From assembly GCA_039208735.1 (NCBI GenBank), contig JBCCQY010000069.1, positions 1 through 43,653 of the forward strand: a stretch of DNA of 43,653 nucleotides. Direction: 5' to 3'. Every line of letters begins with the position of its first letter. Positions within the stretch are counted from its first letter, which is position 1. A model generated the notes under the pieces. The model had not been told where the DNA came from. It made no database searches and worked only from the letters and a program-made list of their open reading frames with translations. The DNA comes from Myxococcota bacterium. Its GTDB lineage: Bacteria > Myxococcota_A > UBA796 > GCA-2862545. Positions 17,560 to 27,146 of this stretch are shown piece after piece. The translations under genes and the position numbers were made by a program.

Positions 17560-19707
17560 ATGGGCACACGGACCGTACGATCCGCATTGTGGGGCATGGC
17601 CGCCGGGTTCGCAGGAGCGCTGGTGGCCTGGGGCCTCGAGATCTATTCGAGCGGTCTCCCGTTCGATTTGGATGGTCTCATCGAGGCACATCGTGGAAAC
17701 GCGGTGTTGTGGCTGGCCGATGCTTCGGTCGTGATGTTGGGTCTTTGGGGCGCTTTCACGGGAAGCCGAGTCGAACGCGCGGACGCCTTGCTCGCCCAGG
17801 GGACGCGAACGAAAAAGCAGTTCGAAGTCCAAGAGCAGTACCGTGCCGTCCTCGAGTCCATGGTCGACGGGGTGGTGCTTACGCAACACGGCACGGTGGC
17901 CCGCAGCAACGAGGCGGGGGCCCGCATCTTTGGCCTTGAAGCCGTGAGCATCGTGGGCGAACCGTTCGAGCGGTTCGTGCCCGAATGGAGCCGGGTCGAC
18001 GCCGGACAACAGGTCGTACGCGCCACCGCACGCGGGGTGCTGCTTGGCATGGCGTGGTTGCACGAGGGGCGAGACGCCAATGGACGGCCGATCCATGTCG
18101 AGATCGCCTCCTCTCGCTTGGTCGATGACGACACCGTGCTGCACGTCATTCGCGACGTGACCGAAGACCATGTCACCGCAAGCCGGCAGCGTCGGATCAA
18201 TCGCGCATTGGCCGACGAGCGCGACCGGGCGATCGCTCGCGACGACGCGAAACAGAAATTCCTCGCAGTGTTGGCACACGATCTTCGCACGCCGCTGACG
18301 TCGATGCGGGGCTACCTCGAGATCATTCAGGAAGAGGTGGAAGAGCAGGGCTACGAAGAGCTGTTTCGCGATCTAGGGCGCGTTCGCTCGGCCACCGAAC
18401 AGGTGCTCGAAGTGGTCGAGAAGGTCCATGACCAGGCAATGATCGAGGCGGGTAAGCTCGCGCTGTACCTCGTTCCGGTGCAGCTCGATGAGTTGGTCGC
18501 CGAGGTCGTCGATACCGTAGCTCCGCTTGTGAATCCAGGGGTGCCGGTCATTCAAACTATCGAACCCCAGCTTCCCGCCGCGCGGGCCGACCGTCGCCGG
18601 CTCCGCCAGGTCTTGCTCACCCTGGTCACGAACGCAGCCCAGGTGACGTCTTCGGGATCCATCGAGATTCGGGTACGCATGACGGCCCCCACGGGGCGGC
18701 GCAACGAAAGCCCGGGCATTCGGGTCGAGGTGGTCGACACGGGACCGGGGATTCCCGTCGCGCAGCGCCGCACCTTGTTTACGGCGTTCAAAGGTCAGCG
18801 CCCGGCGAGTGGAATGGGCGTGGCGATCAGCCATGAGCTGGCGCGGCTCATGGGCGGCGAACTTGGGGTGGACAGCGAGGTGGGTCGTGGAACGACCTTC
18901 ACCCTGCAGCTTCCCGCCGCGCAGGACGAAGTCCGCGTGGAACGCCTGGTTCGAACCCGAACGCGGCACCAGACGGGTCGGGTGTTGGTGGTGACCGACG
19001 ATGCGGCGTTCCGAGGGCTCGTCGAAGCCGGGCTGGGCGCACGTGGCGTACAGGTCATGAGCATGGCCACGGCGACCGAGGCCCTCGAGTCGGCCGAGAC
19101 GCTGGGGCCCTCCGCTGCGATCATCGACATCTCGCTGTTGCGAGGCGATCCCTGGTCCGAGCTGATTCACTTCACGCAGCGAGGACCGCTCTCGCACACG
19201 CCAATCCTGGGTGTGGCCACGACGGTCGATGAGTCGCGACGTGGTCGAGGGTTGGTGTTGCCCTTGCTAGGGGTGCTGGCCCTGCCTCCCGACCGCCTTC
19301 GGTTGATCGCTCGGGCCCGCGCGCTCGGACATCCCAATCAGCCGATCGTGGTCTTTGGCGGCGGGCGAGGCACCGTGCGTCCGCTCGAAGATGAAGGTTG
19401 GTCGGTCATCACCACCCGCGATCCGACCGAGGCGCACGCAGCCCTGCCGAAGGCCGGTCTGCTCATGGCCGATCTGCTAAGCGACGGTGCCACGGGCCTG
19501 GCGGTGGCGCTCGAAAGCGATCGCCCGGTCCTCGGCTTGGTGCCCACCGCCATGTCGGACCAGGACAAAGCGGCCGCCCGTCGTGTCGTGGCCGCGCATC
19601 TCGCCGAGCATGGCCAGTCGATCGAGCCGATGCTTGACCGGATCACCCAGCATCTTGGGGCACCGCCGGTGGCTCGACGGGGCGCGATTACTGTCCCAGC
19701 CAGCTGA
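17560..19707 (+). CDS. Hybrid PAS sensor histidine kinase with one receiver-like and one degenerate receiver domain
   Basis: Two TM helices, PAS (VLESMVDGVV...IRDVT), AHDLRTPL H-box, DTGPG, then RVLVVTDD...IID. Confidence 0.88.
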   Translation: MGTRTVRSALWGMAAGFAGALVAWGLEIYSSGLPFDLDGLIEAHRGNAVLWLADASVVMLGLWGAFTGSRVERADALLAQGTRTKKQFEVQEQYRAVLESMVDGVVLTQHGTVARSNEAGARIFGLEAVSIVGEPFERFVPEWSRVDAGQQVVRATARGVLLGMAWLHEGRDANGRPIHVEIASSRLVDDDTVLHVIRDVTEDHVTASRQRRINRALADERDRAIARDDAKQKFLAVLAHDLRTPLTSMRGYLEIIQEEVEEQGYEELFRDLGRVRSATEQVLEVVEKVHDQAMIEAGKLALYLVPVQLDELVAEVVDTVAPLVNPGVPVIQTIEPQLPAARADRRRLRQVLLTLVTNAAQVTSSGSIEIRVRMTAPTGRRNESPGIRVEVVDTGPGIPVAQRRTLFTAFKGQRPASGMGVAISHELARLMGGELGVDSEVGRGTTFTLQLPAAQDEVRVERLVRTRTRHQTGRVLVVTDDAAFRGLVEAGLGARGVQVMSMATATEALESAETLGPSAAIIDISLLRGDPWSELIHFTQRGPLSHTPILGVATTVDESRRGRGLVLPLLGVLALPPDRLRLIARARALGHPNQPIVVFGGGRGTVRPLEDEGWSVITTRDPTEAHAALPKAGLLMADLLSDGATGLAVALESDRPVLGLVPTAMSDQDKAAARRVVAAHLAEHGQSIEPMLDRITQHLGAPPVARRGAITVPAS

Positions 19708-22700
19708 TCGAGAAGTTGGTGACCCACGGCCGCCGCGTCTCGGGTAGCGGGGCGCCGATGTCGATGGCTCGGGCCCAGTGCAGCCGAAGCACCAGTGGTC
19801 CCACCAAGACGTTGCTGCCCACTGCAACGTCGAGGACCCGGCGGTCCCACAGTGAGCCAACGTCGTCGGCCACACCGCCGAAGTCGAGCCCACCCACGCC
19901 TTCGATGCCACTCGCCAATGCCACACGCAGCAGGGCGTCGAGGGGCACTTGCAACTCTGCATTGCCAAACCAGTAGTGGCGGCCGAGCAAGGCGGGATCG
20001 CCCCACTGGTACGCGCGAAGCGTGTCGTAGCTCGACAGCCAAAAACCTCGCGCGTAGGTGCCAAGGCCGCTTGTACCCCCCGAGGCCCGAAGGCTCAGGT
20101 TCGCTCCGGAAATCAGCGGTAGCGGAAGGTATTGCTGCAGATCGAGACGGGCGCTGCCGTACATCTCGCCGTTGAACGGCTGCGATCCGATCGACCCCTC
20201 GAGGAGGACGCTCGCACCGGCCACCGGTCCGGTTTTGGGGTGGTAGCGCGTGGTGTCGATGCCAAATCGACCGGTGGCTTCGGCTTGGAATCTGGGGAAG
20301 GTGTTGGCCTCGGTCCAGCGACTTCGGAGATCGTCATCCAGGTTGGTGGTGATGGGGCTGATCAGGAATGCGCCGTCGTCGAACAGGAAGTAGCTGACGC
20401 CGCCCAGCGCGAGGTCGGTCTGCAGGTACATGAAGCGGTCGAGCGGATAGCGCAGCGAGAGTTGCCCACCGTAAAACCGTTCTCCCGATTGGAAGAAGGT
20501 GTCGGTGTCGACGCTTTGGTCGACGCGGAACCGCAGCTGATGGAAGGGACCGGCGGCCCAGGAGATGCGCGCGTGTTGGTTGAGGTAGAGCGCTAGGACG
20601 TCGGTGAGTTCAGGCGTGCCGTAGGCCTGGGCGGAGAGCACGAACGCGTGGTCCCGAAGTCGATCGCTGGCCGAGAGGTACAACTGGCCAAAGATGCCTC
20701 CCGGCCCGGCGCCAATCGCTGCGAATCCTCCATCGAGCTGCCAGTTTCGAAGGGAGGCGGCGCGGTAGGGCTTCGCGTCGTCGAGCTCTCGGGTGGGGAA
20801 TGCCACAGGGGGGCCCGAAGCCCCAGAGGCGCCCGTGTCGGGTCGGGTGATTTGCTTGAGGTTGGGCAGGCGAGCCGGAGTGAGTCGACCCGAGTGCTGC
20901 ACGAGCGTCCAGACGGCGTCCTCTCCGCCCGGTTGGGGGTCGAAGGCGCCGGTGGGAAGGTCGGTCAACCGCCGGCTTTGGTCTTGGTCGAGGTGGAAGA
21001 GCTGCACCGCACCGTCATCGTAGGCGGAATAGACGATGCTTCCGTCGGCCAGGATGGTCGGGGAATGATGACTTCGTGCACGGTCGGTCAGGCGCCGAGG
21101 TTTCGGCCGCTCGGCGTCGGGGTCGAGCGCGAACAGCTGCAGTTTGCCATCGGCGGAGGCGTCACTGCTGTAGACCAAGCCGTCGGGTCCCCACGCCACG
21201 TCGCGTTCCGCGAACACGTCGTCGGTGAGTTGACGCACCTTGGGACGAGGTCCGCCGAGGTCGACAATCCAGATGTCGCGAGCGCCCGAACGAGCGAGGC
21301 CGACCACCGCGACCCGTCGGCCGTTTGGCTCTAACGCGACCGAGGTGGCCGCAAGGATGCCGTACCGGCCTAAGACCAGCCGCTCCCGGTCCCCCTTTCG
21401 GATGCGGACGCGCCACCAGGTGTTGGGCTGGTCGGCGGTTCGTGGCAGATCGAAGACCTCGATCTCCGAGGCCGGGTCGTCGGTGTCGAAGGGAAGCGGC
21501 TCCTGTTCGGCGGCTTGGTGCCGGATCGCTTGGACGATGAGTTCGTCGCGGCCGCGGCGTTCAGCGATGTAGGCGATGCGATCGTCGCCGAGGTCGAAGT
21601 TTCGGGGGTCGATCGGATGCAACGACTCCACCCCCGGCTTGCGATCCGCAACCAGGCGTCGGGTGGCGCCAGGCCTGCGCGGGTCGACGAGGTACAACCC
21701 GGTCCGTCCGTTGTCGGTGCTGATGGCTCGGTATGCGAGAAGTGACCCATCGGGTGAGGCATCGAGCGCCAGAGGAATCCCCACCACCCGATCGAGGGGG
21801 TCGAAATCGGCGATGGACTGGCTTCGGTCGAGGAACTCCACGTACGAGCGGCGCTTGATCCAGGCCTCGAAGCGGGCTGCGATGCGCGCCTCGTTGTCTC
21901 CGGTGACCTCTTCGACGAGCTTGGCGAATCGGTCGATGCGGCGAGCCGTCCCTGCCCGGGACAGGATCGCAGGGGTCAGGTCGAGGATGCGATTGACGGT
22001 GCCCGCGCCGTACGTCGCCTCGAGGAACGAGACCCGCGCGTGGCCGCCGGCATAGGTCCAGAGTACGTAGCCGGGGAAGTCGGTGTAGAACCCGAGAAGC
22101 CCATGCCCCCGGAAGAGGTCGGGATTGGTGACGAGATCCCGCACCCGCATCGCGTTTTCGCCATCGATGGGGCCCAGGCTCACGTACTCGGCGAGGCCTT
22201 CGATGAACCACAGCGGCAAGGATTCGAGCGGGTCGCCCCAGAGATTTGCCGGCCGAGCGGCAGCGCGAACCTTCTGAATCGTGAACTCGTGTCCCAGTTC
22301 GTGGGTCGAGGTGTGGTCGAAGGACTCGTGGTCGCCGAAGTAGGGCAGGGCGACCTCGAGCCCGCGCGGTGCCGTGGCTCCCAGCACTCCCTCCTGCACC
22401 GGAAACAGGTTTGTGCGGAGAAACTCTTGGTAGGAGCCGTAGACGATGTAGTCGAACCGCTTCGGGGGCACGAAGTCGAATTTGGTGACGAGTTCGCGGT
22501 ATGCGCCCTCGAGTTGGGCGGCCGCGCGCTCGGCGGCTTGGCGCTCTGCCTCGTAGAAGAACAGTCGCACGCCGCCTGCCTTGCTTGCATGCCCCTCGAA
22601 GGCTTCGTCGACGAGTAGATCGATGGTCTGCCAGTCGTGGTTGGCGTAGCGCACGATGGTCTGTCCGGCGCGCCTTGGCGCGACCCAAACCTGCGCCCAG

Positions 22701-22756
22701 GCCTCGGACAACGGCATCCACACGCCCAAAGCGATCCAGAATGCGAGTCGTGTCAT
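19688..22756 (-). CDS. Omp85/BamA-TamA-family outer membrane protein with N-terminal gluzincin peptidase domain and PD40/TolB-like propeller
   Basis: Signal peptide (AWA) from ATG 22756; HELGH...WFIEGLAEY zinc motif; SPDG/WGPDG propeller repeats; C-terminal barrel with LRAY (VRGF/Y loop) and NAELQVPL. Confidence 0.8.
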   Translation of the reverse strand: MTRLAFWIALGVWMPLSEAWAQVWVAPRRAGQTIVRYANHDWQTIDLLVDEAFEGHASKAGGVRLFFYEAERQAAERAAAQLEGAYRELVTKFDFVPPKRFDYIVYGSYQEFLRTNLFPVQEGVLGATAPRGLEVALPYFGDHESFDHTSTHELGHEFTIQKVRAAARPANLWGDPLESLPLWFIEGLAEYVSLGPIDGENAMRVRDLVTNPDLFRGHGLLGFYTDFPGYVLWTYAGGHARVSFLEATYGAGTVNRILDLTPAILSRAGTARRIDRFAKLVEEVTGDNEARIAARFEAWIKRRSYVEFLDRSQSIADFDPLDRVVGIPLALDASPDGSLLAYRAISTDNGRTGLYLVDPRRPGATRRLVADRKPGVESLHPIDPRNFDLGDDRIAYIAERRGRDELIVQAIRHQAAEQEPLPFDTDDPASEIEVFDLPRTADQPNTWWRVRIRKGDRERLVLGRYGILAATSVALEPNGRRVAVVGLARSGARDIWIVDLGGPRPKVRQLTDDVFAERDVAWGPDGLVYSSDASADGKLQLFALDPDAERPKPRRLTDRARSHHSPTILADGSIVYSAYDDGAVQLFHLDQDQSRRLTDLPTGAFDPQPGGEDAVWTLVQHSGRLTPARLPNLKQITRPDTGASGASGPPVAFPTRELDDAKPYRAASLRNWQLDGGFAAIGAGPGGIFGQLYLSASDRLRDHAFVLSAQAYGTPELTDVLALYLNQHARISWAAGPFHQLRFRVDQSVDTDTFFQSGERFYGGQLSLRYPLDRFMYLQTDLALGGVSYFLFDDGAFLISPITTNLDDDLRSRWTEANTFPRFQAEATGRFGIDTTRYHPKTGPVAGASVLLEGSIGSQPFNGEMYGSARLDLQQYLPLPLISGANLSLRASGGTSGLGTYARGFWLSSYDTLRAYQWGDPALLGRHYWFGNAELQVPLDALLRVALASGIEGVGGLDFGGVADDVGSLWDRRVLDVAVGSNVLVGPLVLRLHWARAIDIGAPLPETRRPWVTNFSISWLGQ

Positions 22757-22921
22757 TGGCCGAGCATAGCGGACGAAAACGCAGAACAAGCCAGCGATGA
22801 CGGTTCCTTTCAACATGGCTCGCATGGGTCGGGGGTCCAAGCCTTCCTCGGTGCGATGTTGGGTGGAATGGAGTTTCGTGAAGGGGACACCCCTTGACCG
22901 CAGTACCCGTTAGGCGTCTGC

Positions 22922-24007
22922 ATGCAGGAAGCACTGCGAAACGCCATTCTCGCCAATCCACGCGACGTTGGCCCTTGGCTTGTGTTCCTCGATTGGTTGG
23001 AATCGAAGGGAGATTCGCGCGGAGCTTTCGGGCGAGCCATGGCTTCTCGAGGAGACACCCCCCTCAAGCCGGAGTCCATCGAGGAGTGGCAGGCCCGGGG
23101 CCTTCCTCCATTCGCTCGCGAACTGTTAGGGCCAATCGTTCACTATCCCGAGTCTGCATGGGGGCTGTGGCGCTGTGGGTTCCTCCACACCCTGGTGCTG
23201 AACTCGGGCTACGCGGAGGCCCCTGACTGCATTCCGCCTTCGTTCGTAGACCAGTTGCTCGCGCATCCCACGGCGGCGTTGCTCGAGTGCCTGGAGTTTC
23301 CGGTGGCGTCCCGAGCGCATTGGCAAGCCGATCTCGATTCCATCGTTCATCAGGGACCGTTGCGGGCCGTTCGAGACCTTCGGGTGGGCCCCGCGACGGG
23401 CGGGGCGGCGATTCCGCATGCGGTCGTGGGCAATCTGGCTCGGGTGTGGTCGCAGCTTCCGCACCTCGAGCAGGTCTCGATTTGCGGACGTGAAGGGCAG
23501 CTTGGACGGGTGGTGGCGCCTCGACTGCGCACGCTGCGGTGCGTGGTGGAACCCGATGTGAAAGGACTGGCCAAGCTGACCCCGAAGGCATGCCCTCAGT
23601 TGCGGTCGGTCGTGCTCGAGGCCCAACGGCTCGCCAGCGACGATGACGACGAATTCTACAGAATCTGGTGGCGGGGCATGCCACGAAGGTGGGCGTTCGA
23701 GGTGTTGCCCGCCCTTGGCGGACTGTCGCTCACCTCCCTGGCCCTTCGAGGAACCGCTGACACCGCGGCCTTGCTCCGGGCCCTCGCCGCTACCCCCCTC
23801 ACGCAGACCTTGACCTTTCTCGATCTCAGTGAGGGCGACCTCGAGCAACCGCCCGAGGTGTTGGATGTGCTGGCCGCATTTCCGGCTCTTCAGCAGCTGG
23901 TGTTGAACCACCAGCCCATTGCGCAGCAGGCCCCTGCCCTCACCGCCGCCCTTCCTAAGGTCACGATTGAGGCCGAGGTGGCGCCAGGGTGGGTCGCAGA
24001 GGAGTGA
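22922..24007 (+). CDS. TIGR02996-like N-terminal domain plus leucine-rich-repeat protein
   Basis: ALRNAILANPRD..PWLVFLDWLESKGDSRG, then WRCGFL and LxxLxL repeats (LPHLEQVSI, LRTLRC, LTSLAL, LTFLDLS, FPALQQLVL). Confidence 0.75.
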   Translation: MQEALRNAILANPRDVGPWLVFLDWLESKGDSRGAFGRAMASRGDTPLKPESIEEWQARGLPPFARELLGPIVHYPESAWGLWRCGFLHTLVLNSGYAEAPDCIPPSFVDQLLAHPTAALLECLEFPVASRAHWQADLDSIVHQGPLRAVRDLRVGPATGGAAIPHAVVGNLARVWSQLPHLEQVSICGREGQLGRVVAPRLRTLRCVVEPDVKGLAKLTPKACPQLRSVVLEAQRLASDDDDEFYRIWWRGMPRRWAFEVLPALGGLSLTSLALRGTADTAALLRALAATPLTQTLTFLDLSEGDLEQPPEVLDVLAAFPALQQLVLNHQPIAQQAPALTAALPKVTIEAEVAPGWVAEE

Positions 24008-24019
24008 GCCGGTCCGCGA

Positions 24020-27000
24020 ATGCGGTTGAGGGGCTACCCTGGCCAGATGAAGGCGCAGGGCTCAACCATTGGGGATTGGTCCCTCCGCACCCCTGTGGGG
24101 AGAGGCGGGGTGGCGGAGGTATGGCGGGCGGAGCACCCCGATGGGCGCATCGCGGCCGTGAAAATCTTGCTTCGTCCAACTGAAGAGGCGAAGCGTCGGT
24201 TCCGACGTGAGGCCCGGGTGTTGGATGCCCTCGACCACGAGAATCTCTTGCGAGTGGTCGAATGGGTGGATCAGGACGGTGTTGTCGGCCTGATCACCGA
24301 GTTCATGGAGGGTCCACCGTTGCGGGACTGGGCCCGAACTCGGCCGTATGATGAGATCATCGCCGTGTTTGAGCGCATCTTAGACGGGGTGGCGGCCGCC
24401 CACGAGGCGGGGCTGATCCATCGCGACCTAAAGCCGAGCAACATCTTGCTTAATGGGGAGACGCCCCCCGTGCCGCGGGTGGCTGACTTTGGGTTGGCGA
24501 AGCGCAACGAAGATCCGCAGCTAACCGCTACGGGCGTGGTGCTGGGGACTCCGGCCTACATGGCGCCGGAGCAGGTGTCCGATGCCCGGAGTGTGGATGC
24601 GCGGGCCGATGTGTTTTCGCTTGCGGCCACGTTGTACGAGCTGCTGTGCGGACGGGCCCCGTTTATCGGGGACTCCGCGCTCGACGTCCTCAACAAGGCC
24701 CGCACGGGCCACTACCCGGATCCTCGAACGTTGATGCCCAGGCTTCCCACGCCGGTGGTCGCGGCGATCCGAGGCGGCCTGCAGCCCGATCCCAACCAAC
24801 GCATCCCTGACGTGGCGACCTTCCGCGACGTCCTCACCAACGTCGTGCCCTGGTCCCCAACGCTTCCCACGACGGCCTCGTGGACGTGGCAACCAGTGGT
24901 ACAAGGGATGTTGGTGGGGCGTGACGAAGAGCAAGACGACCTACGTCAAGCGTTGGATGAGTATGCCCTCGTGTCGTTGTGCGGACCCATTGGGGTGGGA
25001 AAGAGCGCGTTGGCCCGATGGGCGCTCACGGATCGGGGGGCGGGACTCCACATCGACGTGGCGGACTGCACTCGGGCCTCGGACGTGGTGCGTCGGGTGG
25101 CGCAAGCCATGGCCCCTCCGATGCCCTGGCCCGACCTTGAAACGATGTCCAAGGCCGTGGCCGGGTGTTTGTCGGGCCAGCCGAGGCTTGTCGTGCTGGA
25201 TGGACTGGCCGTCGATGAAGGGCTGCAGGTGCACTTGGCGCGGTGGACCCAGCGTGGAGCGATCGTCCTCATCACTGGGCCCGCTCCGATCGGGTTCCCG
25301 GGCGAGGTAACGCTCCAGGTTTCGCCGTTGACGCCGGTGGCTGCCGTCGACCTACTGCGAAAGCTCGTTGAACCCCATTCGCTCACCATGGAGGAGGCCA
25401 CACGGGTGGTGGCGACGGTGGGCGCATTGCCGCGGGTGTTGGAGGTCGTGGCGTCGTGGCTCGTCGAGACGGGGCTCGAGGCCGCCCTCGAAAGCTGGCA
25501 TGACTCGAAGACCGGTGACGCCCTAAACCAAGTGGTTGAACGGGCGTGGGCGCGACTGTCGAGCATCGAGGCGGACGTATGTACCCAACTGTCCATCTTC
25601 GAAGGCGGGTTTCGCATGGATGCGGCGGCGGCGGTGGTCGAGGTGCCTCGGGGCGTAAACCTTCGCGTCGTCATTGCGCAACTGCGCCAACGATCGTTGT
25701 TGCAAGCAACTCCGCACCCTGCTCAGCCTGGCCGGTCCCGACTGCGCCTTTACCCCCACGTGCGTCGGGCTGCAGGGACCGCGCGGGTCGATGAGCCCGC
25801 CCTCCAACGTCGGTTTGTGGCGTGGGCCGCGCAGTTGGGCGCCGCCTGGCCAACCTGGTCCTTGCGCGGCGGTGATGCGCGGGTCCTCGCGTTGCAACCC
25901 GAGCAAGCCAACCTCGAAGCGGCCTGGGCGTTGGCCGAGACTCCCGAGCACCGAAGCCACGTGGCCATTGCGCTTTGCGAGATCTACGACGCGCTGGGGC
26001 CGGTCTACAAGAGCGCCGAGGTGGCGCGTTCGGTCTTGGAGGGGTGCCACGATCCCAAGCTGTGGCGCCGACTCGCAGGACACGTGGTTTTCGGAATGGT
26101 CCTCGCAGGTGATCTGGAGGGAGCCCTGGCCGCCGCGGAGTCCCTGACCCAGACCCCACAAGCGGGCCAGGTTGGACCCATTGTGCAACTGCTGAAAACC
26201 ACGCCGCTTAGTCGGATGGGTCGGCTGACCGAGACGACGGAACTCCTCAACCGAGTGTTGCCGCACCTTCCTGAGGGACTGACGCGCAACCTCCTGCTTC
26301 GCAACCGAGCCCATATGCGCATGGCGTTGGGGGAGATCGAGGAGGCGGCCGCAGATCTCGACGCGAGTGCCGCGTTTTTCACCCACCAGTCGAGCCTGCG
26401 AGAGCATTCGTTCTTTCTTTTGTATCGATGCGAACTATCCCTGCATCGACCGCCCATTGACCATGCCGCTTTCGAAATGGCTCGGCGGGGTTTCAAGCGG
26501 GTAGGCTTGACGCGGGGCCTCGTGGTTGCCTTGCGGATGTATGGCGGGGCCATGGTCATGGTGGGGCACCCGAAACGCGCCCGGCCTTGCCTGATGGAGA
26601 TGGTCGACCTGGCGATTCGTCTGGGAACTCCCTCGCGCCAGGTGATGGGCTTGGCGTTGTTGGCCTGGTGCGACTTGATCGAGGGCGACTACGAGGCGGC
26701 CACGGAACGCGTCGAGACCGGCGAGAGTGTAGCGTTGGAGCACGAGGTCACCGACGGAGTGTCGCTTGGCTACCTCGTGGCCACGCAGGCGCGCATCGCC
26801 CTGACCTGCAACGATCCGGTGACCGCGTTGCAGGTGTTGGAGGCAGCGGGCCCGTTGGTGCACACCCCCGAGGGGCTCGCCCTGACCGCCCAGGCCCACG
26901 CTGGCTTGGGCAGCGTCGAGGAGGCGAATGCGCTCATGGCTCGAGCCACCGAGGGAATGCCGCCCACCGCCCATGGCCTCCTGTTCACCGGGACCGAGAT

Positions 27001-27142
27001 TGCGGCGACCTACGCCCTGCTTGGGCAAGAGGCCCCCTGCCGAGCGCTGTGTCGCCGGGTGCGCGCAGCGTGGCAGGAGGCCGGTTGGACCGAACGCGCC
27101 TACGCTTACCAGCTCCTACAGCGCATCGATCCAGAGGCTTAG
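24020..27142 (+). CDS. Ser/Thr protein kinase fused to STAND (NB-ARC/AP-ATPase-like) ATPase and TPR-like helical repeats
   Basis: GRGG..V, AVK, HRDLKPSN, DFG and GTPAYMAPE kinase motifs. LVGR..E, Walker A GPIGVGKS, Walker B LVVLD, GALPR (GxP), LSIFEGGF. Helical C-terminus. Confidence 0.9.
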   Translation: MRLRGYPGQMKAQGSTIGDWSLRTPVGRGGVAEVWRAEHPDGRIAAVKILLRPTEEAKRRFRREARVLDALDHENLLRVVEWVDQDGVVGLITEFMEGPPLRDWARTRPYDEIIAVFERILDGVAAAHEAGLIHRDLKPSNILLNGETPPVPRVADFGLAKRNEDPQLTATGVVLGTPAYMAPEQVSDARSVDARADVFSLAATLYELLCGRAPFIGDSALDVLNKARTGHYPDPRTLMPRLPTPVVAAIRGGLQPDPNQRIPDVATFRDVLTNVVPWSPTLPTTASWTWQPVVQGMLVGRDEEQDDLRQALDEYALVSLCGPIGVGKSALARWALTDRGAGLHIDVADCTRASDVVRRVAQAMAPPMPWPDLETMSKAVAGCLSGQPRLVVLDGLAVDEGLQVHLARWTQRGAIVLITGPAPIGFPGEVTLQVSPLTPVAAVDLLRKLVEPHSLTMEEATRVVATVGALPRVLEVVASWLVETGLEAALESWHDSKTGDALNQVVERAWARLSSIEADVCTQLSIFEGGFRMDAAAAVVEVPRGVNLRVVIAQLRQRSLLQATPHPAQPGRSRLRLYPHVRRAAGTARVDEPALQRRFVAWAAQLGAAWPTWSLRGGDARVLALQPEQANLEAAWALAETPEHRSHVAIALCEIYDALGPVYKSAEVARSVLEGCHDPKLWRRLAGHVVFGMVLAGDLEGALAAAESLTQTPQAGQVGPIVQLLKTTPLSRMGRLTETTELLNRVLPHLPEGLTRNLLLRNRAHMRMALGEIEEAAADLDASAAFFTHQSSLREHSFFLLYRCELSLHRPPIDHAAFEMARRGFKRVGLTRGLVVALRMYGGAMVMVGHPKRARPCLMEMVDLAIRLGTPSRQVMGLALLAWCDLIEGDYEAATERVETGESVALEHEVTDGVSLGYLVATQARIALTCNDPVTALQVLEAAGPLVHTPEGLALTAQAHAGLGSVEEANALMARATEGMPPTAHGLLFTGTEIAATYALLGQEAPCRALCRRVRAAWQEAGWTERAYAYQLLQRIDPEA

Positions 27143-27146
27143 CGGC

